64,000 bases of DNA from Mobula hypostoma (GCF_963921235.1 NC_086097.1:140864001-140928000); one strand, 5' to 3'; shown: positions 36,179 through 50,349, counted from the first letter of the stretch. Program-made: numbers and translations. The notes: a model not told the origin generated them from the letters alone.

Positions 36179-37152
36179 AGTTGTAGACAAAGCGCCCCCA
36201 ATTTACGACGGGTCTCATCAATATATAGGAGGCCGCATCGGGGGCACTGGACACAATAGGTGACCCCAGCAGATTCGCAGGTGAATTGTTGTCTCATCTG
36301 TAAGGACCGAATCGAGGACTTTACACAGTTCATCGAATAGACAGGCAGGTGGATATACACAAGGTTGGGTGGCTCTTTCGTAAAACCCGAAATCGACTAA
36401 CCAGGAAGATGTAGAATCCGTATAGGTAAAGATAAGTTACTACAATGGAGTCATATGATGGGAGTTATAAGCTGTCATTGGAACTGTAGCAAAGATATAG
36501 GCTATCAATTACAAAAGGAGACAGCAAAGGCATGTCAGAAAGGGAATATCACTATAGTCATCAGGAATTTCAATCTGTTGGTGATTGAGAAAATCAATTT
36601 GATGCTGGATCTCAAGAGGGGGCATTATCAGAATGTCCACAAGATGGCTTTATAGAACAGCTCGTGGTTGAGCCCACGAGGACATCGGCTATTCTATATT
36701 GGGCGTTGTGCTAGGATCCGCTATTGATTAGCGAGCTTAGGGTAAAGGAACTCTTAGGTGACAGCGGTCAAAATTTGATGGACTTCATCCTGCAATTTGA
36801 CTGGGGAACGTAAAGTCAGATGTATCAGAATTACATTGGAGTAAAGGGAATTACAGAGGCTCGAAGAGAGAAGCTGACCAAGATGACCAAGAGATTGGAA
36901 GGGGACACAGGCAGGGATGATGGAAGAGCAGCAACGACTGGAATTTCTGAGAGCATTTCGGAAGGCGCAGGGTAAGAAGAATACGTATTCCAACGGCAAG
37001 ATGACACAACTGTGGCTGACAAAAGAAGTCAAAGCCAACATGAAAGCTAAAGGCAAACAACAGGAATTCTGCAGATGCTGGAAATTCAAGCAACACACAT
37101 AAAAGTTGCTGGTGAACGCAGCAGGCCAGGCAGCATCTCTAGGAAGAGGTGC

Positions 37153-37188
37153 AGTCGACGTTTCAGGCCGAGACCCTTCGTCAGGACT
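37153..37188 (-). ncRNA. Minimal type I hammerhead ribozyme, intact core
   Basis: Minus strand AGTC-CTGACGA-AGGGTCTCGGCCT-GAAAC-GTC-GACT: stem I AGTC/GACT, CUGANGA, stem II, GAAA, palindromic ACGT in place of stem III, GUC cleavage triplet. Confidence 0.8.
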
Positions 37189-37467
37189 AACTGAAGGAAG
37201 AGTGAGTAAGGGATTTGAAAGTTGGAGGGGGAGGGGGAGATCCAAAATGATAGGAGAAGACAGGAGGGGGAGGGATGGAACCAACTGAAGGTAGAGTGAC
37301 TAAGGGATTTGAAAGTTGGAGGGGGAGGGGGAAATCCAAAATGATAGGAGAAGACAGGAGAGGGAGGGATGTTGGCTCCATCCCTCCGCCTCCTGTCTTC
37401 TCCTATCATTTTGGATCTCCCCCTCCCCCTCCAACTTTCAAATCCTTTACTCACTCTTCCTTCAGTT

Positions 37468-37503
37468 AGTCCTGACGAAGGGTCTCGGCCTGAAACGTCG
37501 ACT
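37468..37503 (+). ncRNA. Minimal type I hammerhead ribozyme, intact core (predicted cleavage after C37499)
   Basis: AGTC-CTGACGA-AGGGTCTCGGCCT-GAAAC-GTC-GACT read directly on +. Confidence 0.8.
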
Positions 37504-39445
37504 GCACCTCTTCCTAGAGATGCTGCCTGGCCTGCTGCGTTCACCAGCAACTTTTATGAAAGCTAAAGAGAAGGAATATAAGAGCAAATGAGAGGGCATA
37601 TAATAGAGCAAAGATTTGTGGGAAGTTTGGTGATTCAGAAGTTTTTAAAATCTAACAGATAGCAACTAAATAATTCATAAAGATGGAATAGGAAGATACG
37701 CTAACCAATAATATTAAAGAGGATACTTAAAGTTTCATCAGATAAGTAAAGGGTAAATGAGAGTCGGGATTACATGTTCGACTGCTGGAAATTTATGCTA
37801 AAGAGGTAGTAATGGTATGCAAAGAATTGGAAGGTGAATCTATAAAGTATTTTCCACCGGTCTTTACTATGGAAGACATTAACAGCATATGTGTCTATGG
37901 AATCCGAGTTATTGTGCTGAGGTTGATAGATTCTTGATTAGTTAAGGCATGAAGGGTTTCGTGGAGAAGGCAGGAGATAGGGATGAGAGGGAGATGGAGC
38001 AGACTCGAAGGACTAAGTGGCCTAATTTTTGTCCTATATGTTATGACTTATGGATTCAATACAGGTAAGCTAAAAGGTGAATGGGCAGGTGCAATACTTT
38101 GGCTGCTTGCACGGAGGGACGAATCGACAAGGGGACCACAAAAGGAAAGATTGCTGTGGAAAGCAGAGAGTGCTGTGGGGAGGGCGCAGGAGAGGTAAAG
38201 GTATGTTAAGTGGTGGATTCCTTTGGAGATAGCAGAAGTTGTGGAGAATAATGTGTTCGATGCGGAGGACCATCCGGTGGTAGGTAAGAACAAGAGGAAC
38301 ACTATCACTGTTTAGGCAACGGGAAGACCTGGTCAGCACGGCCGTTAGGGAAATTGAGCAGATGTGGGTGAGTGCAGCGTCGATGGTAGGGGCAGGGAAG
38401 GCACATATCCCAGCTTAAAATGCCTACTGTTTTTCATTTCCAGAGATGTTGCCTGACCTGCTGAGTTTTTCCAGCATGTTGACTGCTTTCCTTCTCTTCA
38501 TCTTCAATGACAAGCGTATTGGTTTTTCATTGCAAGCAGAACTTCCCAGTTCCTGATGTTGGATTAGACTGTGTAATTGGTATTTCTTTGCAGTTTAACT
38601 ATTTTAAGCCCGCTGGTGTTTTCTATAATTACCTGAGTATGTAATTGTTCAGTGTGTCCCCTAGTGGTTACAGTTATTTTGTATTATTTTGGAAACTTGT
38701 TGATTCGCCATCTTCTTTCCCTTCTCTTTCTTTATGGTTATTAGACTTTTACTACTCTCCTTTTCCAATTCCTTTATTCTCCTGGAGCCCATTGCAAGAA
38801 TCATGGAGCCACACGTTTTATATTTCGTTCTTGACTTCTGAAAGAACCTTCGATCAAAAAACATCAGAATTCAACGCTGCTATCTCTCCACCAATAGTGA
38901 CCATTTTAAGGTTGTGCATTTTATTGACATTCAATGAAGAAGGAGGAGAAAAGAGAAGTCACGAACGGTCATCTAGTAAATAAGAACGTAAGCATTTCAG
39001 AAATGGGAGAAGGAGTAGGCCATTTGACCCGTCAACCGTGATGCACCATTCCATGAAACAATGACCCAGCTCCACCTATCTGTCTTTTCTAACCTCAATT
39101 CCTCGACTAATCAAAACTCTGTCTATGTATTAACTGTATTTAATGAGGTAGCACCTACTCCCTTCCTAGCTAGAGAATTACGCAGATTCGCCTCAGTAGT
39201 CCCAGCCTACTCTATCTCTTCTCATAAACCAACCACTTCCCCTTCCCCACCACGCCATCTTCAGAATTAACCGAGTAACTCGCTTCTGTATCACCTACAA
39301 AGCTAATATATCTTTTCTCAAGTACGAGATCCGAAATATTGGCAGTACTCCAGATGTGGCCACACCAGTACCCGTACAGTTGCTGTCCTCTATCCATGCT
39401 AATACATGACCCCCAAACCGTGCATCCATCTACAGATGAATCTGT

Positions 39446-41525
39446 TATAGAAACATAGAAACAAAGAAAGCCTACAATGCAGGCCCTTCCGCCCACAAAG
39501 CTGTGCCGAACATTTCTTTACTTTAGAAATTACCTAGGGTTACCCATAGCCCTCTATTTTTCTAAGCACCATGTACCTATCCAGGAGTCTCTTAAAATAC
39601 CCTATCGTATCCGCCTCCACCACCGTCGCTGGCAGCCCATTCCACGCACTCACCACTCTCTGCGTAAAAAAAAAATTACCCCTGACATATCCTCTGTACG
39701 TACTTCCAAGCACCTTAAATCTGTGCCCACTCGTGTTAGCCATTTCAGCCCTGGGAAAAAGCCTCTGACTATCCACATAATCAATGCCTCTCAGCATCTT
39801 ATACACCTCTATCAGTTCACGTCTTATTCTCCTTCGCTCCAAGGAGAAAAGGCCGAGTTCGCTCAATGCATTCACAGAAGGCATGCTCCCCAAGCCAGGC
39901 AACGTTCTTGTGAATCTCCTCTGAACCCTTTCTGTGGTTTCCATATTCTTCCTGTAGCGAGGCGACCAGAACTGAGCACAGTACTCCAGGTAGTGTCTGA
40001 CCAGGGTCCTATATAGATGCAACATTACCACTCGGCTCCTAATCTCAATCCCACGATTGATGAAGGCCATGTAACGTATGCCTTCTTAACCACAGAGTCA
40101 ACCTGCGTAGCAGCATTGAGTGTCCTATGGATTCTGACCCCAAATCCTTCTGATCCTCCACACTGCCAAGAGTCTTACCATTAATAATATATTCTGCCTT
40201 CATATTTGACCTACCAATATGAACTACCTCACACTTATCTGGGTTGAACTCCATCTACCACTTCTCAGCCCAGTTTTGCATCCTATTCATATCCCGCTGT
40301 AACCTCTGATAGCCGTCCACAGCATCCACAACACCTCCAACCTTTGTGTCATCCGCAATTTTACTAACCCATCCCTCCACTTCATCATCCAGGTCATTTA
40401 TAAAAATCACGATGAGTAAGGGTCCCAGAACAGATCCCTGAGGAACACCTCTGGTCACCGGCCTCCATGCAGAATATAACCCATCTACAACCACACTTTG
40501 CCTTCTGTGGGCAAGCCAGTTCTGGATTCACAAAGCAATGTCTCCTTGGATCTCATGCCTCCTTACTTTCTCAATCAGCCTTGCACTGGGTACCTTATCA
40601 AATGCATTGCTGAAATGCATATACACTACATCTACTGCTCTACATTCATCAATGTGTTTAATCACATCCTCAAAAAATTCAATCAGGCTCGTAAGGCACG
40701 ATCTGCTTTTGATAAAGCCATGCTGATCATTTTAATTTCTCATCATATTAATTCTCTCCAAATGTTCATGAATTCTGCCTCTCAGAATCTTTTCCATCAA
40801 CTTATCAACCACTGAAGTAGGTCTCACTGGTGTATAATTTCTGCGCTATCTCTACTCCCTTTCTTGAAAAAGGGAACAACATCTGCAACCCTCCAATCCT
40901 CTGGTACCTCTCCCGTCCCCATTGATGATGCAAAGATCATCACCAGAGGCTCAGCAATCTCCTCTCTCGCCTTCCACATTAGCCTGGGTACATCTCGTCC
41001 GGTCCTGTGACTTACCCAACTTGATGCTTTCCAAAACCCCAGCACAGCCTCTTTCTTAATACCTATTTGCTCAAGCTTTTCTCTCCGCTGTAAGTCATCC
41101 CTACAATCATCAATATCCTTTTCCGTAGTGAAAACTGAAGCAAATTATTCATTAAATGCCTCTGCTATCTCCTCCGGTTCCATGCACATTTTTCTACTGT
41201 CACACTTGATTGGTCCTATTCTCTCACGTCTTATCCTCTTGTTATTCACATACTTGTAGAATGCCTTGGGGTTTTCCTTCATCCTGTCCGCCAAGGCATT
41301 TTCACAGCCTCTTCCAGCTCTCCTAATGTCATTCTTAAGCTCCTTCGTGCTAGCCTTGTAATCTTCAAGATCTCTATCATTACCTGGCTTTTAGAACCTG
41401 TTGTAAGCTCATCTTTTCTTCTTGACTAGATTTACAACAGCCTTTATACACCACGGTTCCTGTATCCTGCCACCCTTTCCCTGTCTCATTGGAACGTACC
41501 TATGCAGAACTCCACACAAATATGT
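39446..41525 (-). mobile_element. CR1-type LINE 3' half (paralogue of 6397-8460)
   Basis: [39 protein letters not shown]. Confidence 0.9.
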
Positions 41526-42574
41526 CATGGTTTCGTTTGGCTGTTCCCCTTATAACGCTCCTTTCTCCCTGATCATGCTCTAATTTCAGTCATTAGATTT
41601 CCAATTGTTGCTAGTTTACTTGATTACAGTACACAAGGTTTTCATCAGGGACTGTGAAATAAGTACGATGCCGTCCCTATCACAGGTTGCCTGTTTGCTG
41701 GTCTATTCTCATGTGATATTTCGTTCTCTTGTCCGATTAGGACCGTTAGCCCTAAGTTTTGTTCAAAGTTCAGCTCTAGTTTCAAGATAGTCCCTAGTTC
41801 TAGTTCATTTCCACAGATGCTACCTGACCTGACAAATATCTCCAGCATGTTCCGAGTGTTGCTTTGGATTTCCAGCATCCACAGAATTTCTCCTTTCATA
41901 GAGGTGCTTACTCTAAAAAAGATGCTGACACACACCTCTGGAAGTCAGGATGGTAGGCGCAGTGGGCGGGGTGAATATTTATTAGTAGAATGCGCTGAAA
42001 AGGCAGAAAAAACTGGAAGTGGATAAGACACCTGGTCCAGATGGCTTGCACCCAGAATTCCTAAGGAAACTGGAGTCAGACAATACAGAGAGTTGCCATC
42101 GTAATACATTTCCCCAGGGTAAGGCGACCAGATGACCGTGACACCTTTGTTTAGTGAGAAGTGGATGCATTTTCCTAGAAACTATTGACCAATCAGTTTG
42201 ATAGCAACATCGGTAAAAGTTAGAAACAAAGTTAAAGAACAAACTCAACAGGCACTTATATGCAGGTGAGCGAGCACGGGCTTGTAAAATTCAAATTGGA
42301 TTTAATTTATATAATCGATGATTTCATTAAGTAACAGAGAAGCTGATGTAAGTCCATTGAAGTAAAAAGTTAGCCCTGTCTCCCTGCACTAATATAATCC
42401 AATGAGCTGAATTTTTCTCCCAACTTTGAACAGAGCTCAATCAGAGTGAGAAGACAAAGCTCATTCGGGTTCGTCGATTGATTACATAGGGCATCGATTG
42501 CTGGCAGTTTGGTTTCTGAACAGCGGCCAATTAGCGATTGAGATTAATTGGCAAGAACAAATTAAAATAAGACA

Positions 42575-45410
42575 TGGGAAGCGGATGGGAGCCAAGGTAC
42601 CAGCGAAGATAGTGGAGGGGTTGTGGGGAGAGATTGTTAAGACCTCAGATGAATTCAGGAATTAAAAATTTAAGCAGAGAGAGACCAATATTCTAAGCTA
42701 CATATATTTCAATGCAAGATGTACTGTAGGAAAGGTAGATGAGCTCAGAGCTTGGATCAATGCATGGAATTATGATATCGTAGGTATTAGTGAGCCTTGT
42801 TGCAGAAGGTGCAGGATTGGCAGCTCAATATTCCGAGTTCCTTTGTTTTGGACGTGAAAGGGTGGGAGAGATTAAAGAGGCAGGGATGGCGTTACCAGTC
42901 AGGGAAAATCAGAGGAGACATCGCAGACTGTTGCATGAGTTTGTTTCTTGCAACTGTAGTAGGTGCCTTTAACTTTCCAACCACCCAACGTCTCAACCAC
43001 CCAAAAATCACCGAGGTTTAGATGATCAAATCGTAGTCTGTTACAAGAAACATAACATTGTAATAGTATGTGATTTTAACTTTCCACATATTGAGTATGA
43101 CTCCCATACTGTAAAAAGACGAGATGGTATTAAGTTTCTCATATGCGTTTAGGAAACTACCCTTACTGAGTACGTAGACGATTGAGCGATGAGAGATTGC
43201 GTGATACTTTACCTTCTTTCAGGGACTGAGTCAGGGTTGGCGATCGAAGTTTACGTAGGGGAAAACTTTGCATCTAGTCATCATAATGCTGTTAGTTTCA
43301 ACGTAAATATGGAAAATGATAGGTCTGGTTCGTGGGTCGAGATTCTAAATTGGGCAAAGGCCAATTTTGATGGTATCAGAAAGGATCTGGCAAGTATGAA
43401 TTCGGACAGGTTGATTCTGCAAAGGTGTTCCAGGTAAGTAGGTGGCCTTCAGAAGGGAAATTCCGGGAGTGCAAAGCTCGTACAGGCCTGTCGGAATAAA
43501 CGGTAAAGATAACAGATGTAGGGAAACTTGGTTTTCAAGAGATATGGAGGCCTGGTTCAAAAAAAAAGGTGCATTGCAGGTAGGAACAGATGAGGTACGT
43601 ATTGCGTATTAGAAATGTAAGAGAATATGTAACAATAAAACAGGAAGGGAAAAGAAAGCATGAAGTTGGCTTAGCATCAAGCTGAAGGAGCATCCTAAGG
43701 GATTCTGCAGATACGTTAAGAGCAAGATGTTCGCAAGGGACAAAATTGATCCTCTGGAAGATCAGAATGGTAAACTATCCGTGCAGCCGAACTAGATAGG
43801 AGATATCTTAAATGGATTTCGTCTTTGCACCTATATTTACTCAAGAGGTGGACACGGAGTCTTTGGGAGTGAGGCAAATCTGCGGCGAGGTCATGGACCA
43901 TGAACAGATTACAGAGGAGGCGGTGTTTGCTGTCCTGAGCAAAATATGTGGATAAATTCCCAGGGACTGAGAAAGAGTTCTTTTGAACCCTGTGGGAGGA
44001 GAGTGCAGAAATTGCAGGGCCCAAGCAGAGATATTTAGATAATCCTTAACGACAGGTGGGATACTGGAAGATTGGAGGGTAGCTAATGTTGTTGTGCTGT
44101 TTAAGAAAGGCTCTAAGTGTAAAGCAGGAAATATTGACTGGTGAGTCTGACATTAGTAATAGGAAATTTATTGGATAGTATTCTAAGAGATCGGACATAT
44201 GAGTATTTGGATAGATATGGACTGATTAGGCACAGTCAGCGTGTTTTTTTTGCCTGGTAAATTGCGCTTAGCCAATCTTGTCGAAATTTGCTCGGAGGTT
44301 ACCACGAATGTTGACGAAAGCAAGTCAGTGGATGCTGTCTACATGGAGGTCAGTGAGACATTTAACAAGGTCCCGCATGGAAGGTTGGTCGTGAAGGTTC
44401 AATTGTTTGGCATTCAAGATGAGGTACTTAATTAGCTTAGACATTATCTTTGTGTGAGAAACCACAGAGTAGTATATATGGTTTCCTCTCTGATTGGAGA
44501 CATTTGACTAGTGGCGTGCCGCAGGGATCGATGTTGGGGCTGTTCATTGTCATTTGTAGCAAGGATCTGGAGGATAATGTGATTAACTGAATCAGCAAAT
44601 TTGCGAATGACAGCAAGATTGGAAGTGTTGTGAACAGCGAGGATGACTATTAGAATTGTAGCAGGGTCCGGACCAGCTGGAGAATGGCCGGAAAAATTCG
44701 GGTAGAATTTAATGCGGTCAAGTGCGAGGTGTTGCACTTCGTTAGGGCCAAATAAGGTAGGTCTGAGGAGTGTTGTAGACAAAGGGATCTGGGGATACAG
44801 GTCCGTAATTTATTGAAAGTGGCGTCACGGGTAGATATGTTTACAACGAAAACTTTGAATACATTGACCTTCATGTAATAAAGAATTCAGTACACAGGAT
44901 GAGATGTTAAGTTGAAGTTGCATAAGATGCTCGTCAAGTCTAATATGGAGTATTGTGTACGGTTTTGGTCACCTACCTGCAGGAAAGGCTGAAGGAATGA
45001 AGATAAAAATTATCTTCCAGGACTATTTCCAGGACTAGAGAACCTGAATTATAAGGAAAGATTGAATAGGTTAGGACCTTCTGAGTTGGATGATCAGCCA
45101 TGACATTACCGAATGGCGGTGCAGGCTCGAAGAACCCATTGGCCTACTCCATCAACTATTTTCTATGTTTCTATGTTATTAACTGGAAAGATTGAATAGG
45201 TTAGGACTTTAGTCCTTGGAATATCGAAGGTGGAGCGGAGATTTGAAAGAATATACAAAATTATGAAGGATATAGACTGGCTTTTCCCACTGAGGTTGGG
45301 TGTGTCCACAACTAGAGGTGATTGGTTAAGAGTGAAAGGTGAAAAGTTTAAGAGGAACATGAAGGGAAACTTCTTCACTCAGAGATTCACTGGGGAGTAG
45401 AACGAATTGC
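42575..45410 (+). mobile_element. CR1-type LINE remnant (paralogue of 9410-12150)
   Basis: Collinear EN/RT fragments. Confidence 0.88.
45078..45184 (+). mobile_element. 5'-truncated CR1 3' tail with 23-bp flanking duplication
   Basis: GGAAAGATTGAATAGGTTAGGAC at 45055-45077 and 45185-45207; insert GATGATCAGCCATGA..TTTTCTATGTTTCTATG. Confidence 0.85.
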
Positions 45411-46384
45411 CAGCGCTACTGGTACATGTGAGCTCGATTTCGACGTCCCACCAGGGAGACGTTTGGCAGCACTGTGGACACTACGAGGCTCATTGATATC
45501 AATGACAGTGAGGTAGGAAATCAGCTGCGAGGGTGAGGCAGGGTGAGGAAAAACTCAGCGCTTCCATCAGGGACAAGTTAGAGAGCAGTCTATACACAGA
45601 GTAACATGGCGAAACCGCAGATGTCACCATTTTATTCGGAGTTTGAGGAGATGTGGTATGTCAGCAGAGACTCCTGCAGTACCATGGAGAATATTCAGCT
45701 TGTTTGGAGCCTGCAATACAAGAGGTTGTAGAGGGTTGTCGACTCAACCAGCTCCCTCACGGGCACAACCATCCCCGCCATCGAAGACATATTAGAGGAC
45801 TCTGCTTCAACAGGGCGCAGAGATGAACAAACAAAATGTTGACATGAAGGCGGCGCTCCGGATCCAGTGACTACGCAAACGAGAAAGTTGAGGAGGTCAT
45901 GCTGAGAGGTTTCGGCAAGAGACAGGAGGGTTTTACTGACAGTGGGGATCTAGGAGGTAGAACGAGATTGGTAAAGACCAGAGGATAACGTTAGTAGATA
46001 TATTTCTGAAAATTCGACCGGAAACTTTAAATCTGCATCACTCCACTAATATTGCCTGGCTTGCTGTGTGTTTCCATAATTTCCTGGTCTTGTTTAAGAT
46101 AAAGATTAGTTTTAATCGGAATAAATTGTGCAAACAGGACCGAGAGGTCGAGTGACATTGAGGGATATTCAAGCCAACCTCCTCAAATTATGAAAGGAAG
46201 AAATGAACTGTGGCGTGCCCCGCCCCTGGCACCCGTTCCCTAAGAAAGGCGGCGCTACTAGCTTCATACAAATAAGTGGTTTGGACAAGGTGGGGTAGGA
46301 ACTGAGGCGGGTTCAGCCTCGAAAACAAAAGCTGATAAACTGCGCTTCCTCTCAGATTCCAAACACTGACCCGGCGCAACAAGC

Positions 46385-46808
46385 ATGTGGCAGGGTCCCT
46401 GGTTCGTGGTGCTGCTTTTCAGCTGTGCGTTACAACACCGCTTCAACTTTTATCGCTCCTTCCCGCTGTGCAGATTTTTTAACCGTTTTCTGCTCTTTTT
46501 GCAGGTAGAAGTGTGGGTCAGACCCTCAGTCAGTCCAGAGCATCGATTACCGTACCTGTCGGGAAAGCTGTGAGCGTTCGGTGTCAAGTGAAAGACATCT
46601 CCGTCAGCAGCAGTAATCCCCTTCACTGGTACCAACAGAAACCCGGCAAGCCTCCCCAAAGGATACTGTACTATGGAGATAGCGTAACGCGGGATTCGGA
46701 ATTCGGAAAATCCTTCAACGCGGGAAAAACATCAGCTACCGAATACTATCTCACAATCGAAGTCAACGCTGAAAGCGCTGCCACGTATTACTGCGCCTAC
46801 TGGGTTTA
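46385..46808 (+). CDS. TRGV: V4: TCR gamma-type V segment, open. Leader 46385-46424, intron 46425-46504, V exon 46505-46808 (..ATYYCAYWV)
   Basis: Same architecture as V1; no stops or frameshifts. Confidence 0.85.
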
Positions 46809-46846
46809 CACAGTATGTAATTGATAACAAGCTCAGCACAAAAACC
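46809..46846 (+). promoter_or_regulatory. RSS of V4 (CACAGTA-22 nt-ACAAAAACC)
   Basis: Heptamer 46809-46815, nonamer 46838-46846. Confidence 0.95.
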
Positions 46847-49036
46847 TCGACGAGTAGCCAGTCAAAGGGAACCGCCGATTCGGACGCTGCAGCTTACCTA
46901 TATCTGCCGGGCAAGAGTTGGGCTCTGCTCAAGAGGCAGGGAGAGAAGCTGACGCTCCTGAAGTGTCCGCAATTCCATTAGAAAGAAGGGAATTTCTCCC
47001 TTTTAGTGACGAGGTTGCAGCCCGTCCCTGATTCGCCCATTGCAGGAAACGTGGACCAAGTTGTTTGTTAGAGTGCACTGAGCACGGAACATTGCAGGAA
47101 CCTGCAGCGCTGTCATGGGCATCGTACAGGTCGCAGGGAATAGAGTTTTGAATTTGTTCACGACTGAGAGAACTGGATTCCGCAAATGCTTTGAGATAAG
47201 TCAATATCCCGACTGCAGTTATGAACAGCCGTGGTGAAGAACCTGTTATGCATTTAGGTGAGCTGCTTTCGTTCAGTTACAGTATCAACTCAATAGGAGG
47301 AAAAATTACGATCCACGAGACCGACACTGTTACAACTCAATGTGTCGGAATTTAGAATTCTGTCTGCCGCAGTCTGTAGGGAGTCTCTGTAGGTCCTCCC
47401 CTGGAATGCATGGGTTTTCCTCGGGTGCTCCGGTTTCCTCTCACTGCCCAAAGACATACCAAGTAGGTTAACTGATCATTGTAAATTGTCCTGTGATTAG
47501 GTTAGGGTTCATCGAGGTTGTCATGGGTCGCTGTGGCGGCGAGACTTGAAGATCCGGAAGGGCCTAATCGGCACTGTATCGCTAAGTAAACAAGTAAAAT
47601 TGCCTAGTGATGTCCTGTTCATATAAAGCCGGACAAATCCAATCTGGCTATTTATAACACAAAACAGTGACTAAAGAACTGTATTCTAGAGATGAGGTGA
47701 GAGTGACTGCTTTTGATAACAGAACAGTATTTGGTTACTGTAGCTCACAGGAGCCTGAGAGAAACTCAAGTCAATGGGCATTAAGCGGAGTTCACTCCAA
47801 GGATCACAGAACAACGGGCGGTTTCATGCTATTCTTTTCCCAGACCTGTGCATTTGATAAACTTTGCACCTTGTCACAAGTGTCCGGGAATTGTGTATCT
47901 TCAGCAAGTGTTTCCTATTAACTACTCTGCATATTCAATGACCATAAGTACAACTCGACCAGCTAAACAACACGTATACCGGCAGAAAACGAATCTCAAG
48001 GCTGTATATGGTGATATGTATACAATCTGATAACAAATTCAACTTTGAACTTTGAATGTGGTTGGTTATTCCGGGGTAAGCAACACATTTTCTGATATTT
48101 CAAAGACTCTCCATTTTCTGTGAAACCAATTAGGGGTGTTAAGACGTAATTTCTATTTATGTGTACGAGTTTGTCTCAAAGAACATTAAAGACGCTCAAC
48201 GCAATGCAAAACAAAGCAACCCCTTTCATTAACAGCAACCAACTGTCCTGAAGATTCTTTTTTGTTAGACATTTTTGTAAGACATCCAGGCTACCAAATG
48301 CAAGGGATTTTCTGATTACGTCTCTCAAACTCACAGTCTTCTGTTCCCAAATTTTCTCAAATAATATATAGATTGCCTCACCAAAGACTGGGGCGGCATG
48401 CTATCGTAGTGGTGAGCACTGGGCTAATTCCCGCCGCCGCCTGTGAGGAGTTTGCATTTTCTCCCTGTTCCTCTGGTTGCTCCGGTTCCCTCCCAAATTC
48501 TAAAGACGTACCGGTTGGTAGGTTACTTGGTCATTGTAAATTGTCCCGTGATTAGCATAGGATTAAATCGGGGATTGCTCGAAGTGCCAGAAGGGCCTGT
48601 TCCGTGTTATATCTGCATTAATAAATAAAAAAAAGAGAGGAAACGCTTGATCTGTTGTTGCAAAATTGGGTGGAGCAAGTGACTGACCATCAGGTTAAAG
48701 TCCTAGATTGGTGAAAGGCTAATTTTGAAGGCATTAGACGGAATTCTGCAAAAGCTGATTGGGAGAAGCTGTTTGCAGGTAAGGGGAGTGGCAGGCTCCC
48801 GAAAGTGTGAAAGGGAGTGTTCAGAGACAGCATAAGTCCAGAAAACATAGGAGCAGAATTAAGGGATTTGTCCCAACGAGTCTGTCTCCCATTCCATCAT
48901 CGCTGATTTTTACCCCCTCTCAATGCCATTCTCCTGATTTCTCCCCGTAACCTTTCATACCCTTAGAAATCAAGAGCTTACCTGATTTATATATAGCATG
49001 TTAGATTGAAGGCCATTGCTGGCAGGATTATGGAAC

Positions 49037-49135
49037 AACACACATAAAAGTTGCTGGTGAACGCAGCAGGCCAGGCAGCAACTTTTATATGTGTTGCTTG
49101 AAATTCTAGCATCTGCAGATATCCTCGTGTTTGAG
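49037..49135. mobile_element. Collapsed remnant of the palindromic Penelope insertion
   Basis: TSD GATTATGGAAC at 49026-49036 and 49136-49146; the arms are fused at CAGCA and the centre is missing. Confidence 0.88.
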
Positions 49136-49597
49136 GATTATGGAACCCTAGCTGATGAGGGATATTGAGGGTATGTTCAGGGAAAAAGGAGAATATATGT
49201 CAGTGTTGTCAGTTGGGATCAAGTGAATACCCTGAGCAATATAAAAGATGTAGGAGTCCACTTAAGAAGAAAATAAGGTTGACAACCACATCAGATCGTT
49301 TTGGCAGATAAGGCAAAGGGGAATCTTAAGATGTTCTATAAGAATATCAAAAGTGAAAAGGTAACCAGAACGATTGTGGAATCACAGGAGGTAGGGCAGG
49401 ATCTTTAATCAATATTTGTTATGTGAAATTACCGTACGAAATACCAGGAAAGCTACGAAATTCACGGTAGAGGATATGGTGTCTCGAACTATATCGACAT
49501 TACAAAAGGGAAGGTGCTGACAGTCTTGAAATGCATCAAGGTGGACACAGTCCCAGGGACAGACCAAGTTCATTCTATGACACCGTGGAAAGGCAGG

Positions 49598-49870
49598 GAG
49601 AGGCAGGGCAGCGTAGTAGTTAGCACAAAGCTGTACAGTACGGGTGGTACGGGTTCAATTCCCGCCATTGCCCGCCATTGCCTGTAAGCAGTTTGTAAGC
49701 TCTCCGGGTGCTCCGCTTTCCTCCCACATTCCAAACATCTACTGCTGGTGGGTGAATTGGCCGATGTAAATCGCCTCGTGAATGAGGCTAAGAATAAATC
49801 GGGGATTGCTAAGCGACGTGGCCTGAAGGGCTGGAAGGGCCTGTTCCACGTTGGATGTTAATAAACAAAC
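49598..49870 (+). mobile_element. V-SINE (HE1-type), full-length paralogue of 16449-16712
   Basis: A and B boxes, V-domain core, AATAAAC tail. Confidence 0.85.
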
Positions 49871-50349
49871 ACATAAACAGAAGAGTATAAGGCGGTTACT
49901 GCTGTGCTTGTTTGACAAGTGGTGTAAGGACAAACTCGGAAACTGCAGGGAGGCGAGACTAAAATCAGAGCCGGGAAATTTACAAGGAGATATGGGATAA
50001 ACGAGCAATTGGGATTGAAAAGGCTCATTAAATATTCAGCAATATTGTGCGTGGAATATCATGTGAAGAAATTAAGTTTTTTTGAAGAGGTGTCCAAGAG
50101 GATCAACGAGAGCAGGGTGGTAACAATTCAGCAAATTTTATCGAGGTTCTGCATGGTAAACTGGTCCAGAATATCAGAACACATGCGATGGAGAACGGAT
50201 GAGCCACTTGCATACAGACTTAGCCTGATCTTAACAGTCCAAGTGTGGTGTGGAATCTGTGATCATGGGTGTTCCACAGGGATCATGCTGGGTCCACTAT
50301 TGTGGATTACCTACAGACGTACATTAATAAACTCGATGAACATAATCAG

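Larger units (their letters stand above)
37053..37555. mobile_element. Inverted pair of Penelope 3' termini with 10-13 bp TSD (ATG)AAAGCTAAAG
   Basis: TSD at 37040-37052 and 37556-37568; arms ~37103-37278 and ~37376-37555 are reverse complements; empty sites at ~3040, ~23113 and ~55870. Confidence 0.92.

Noticed and set aside
46151-46160. AGTGACATTG resembling the TCR V promoter decamer
   Set aside because: 8/10 match about 230 bp upstream, and not conserved in V1 or V2.
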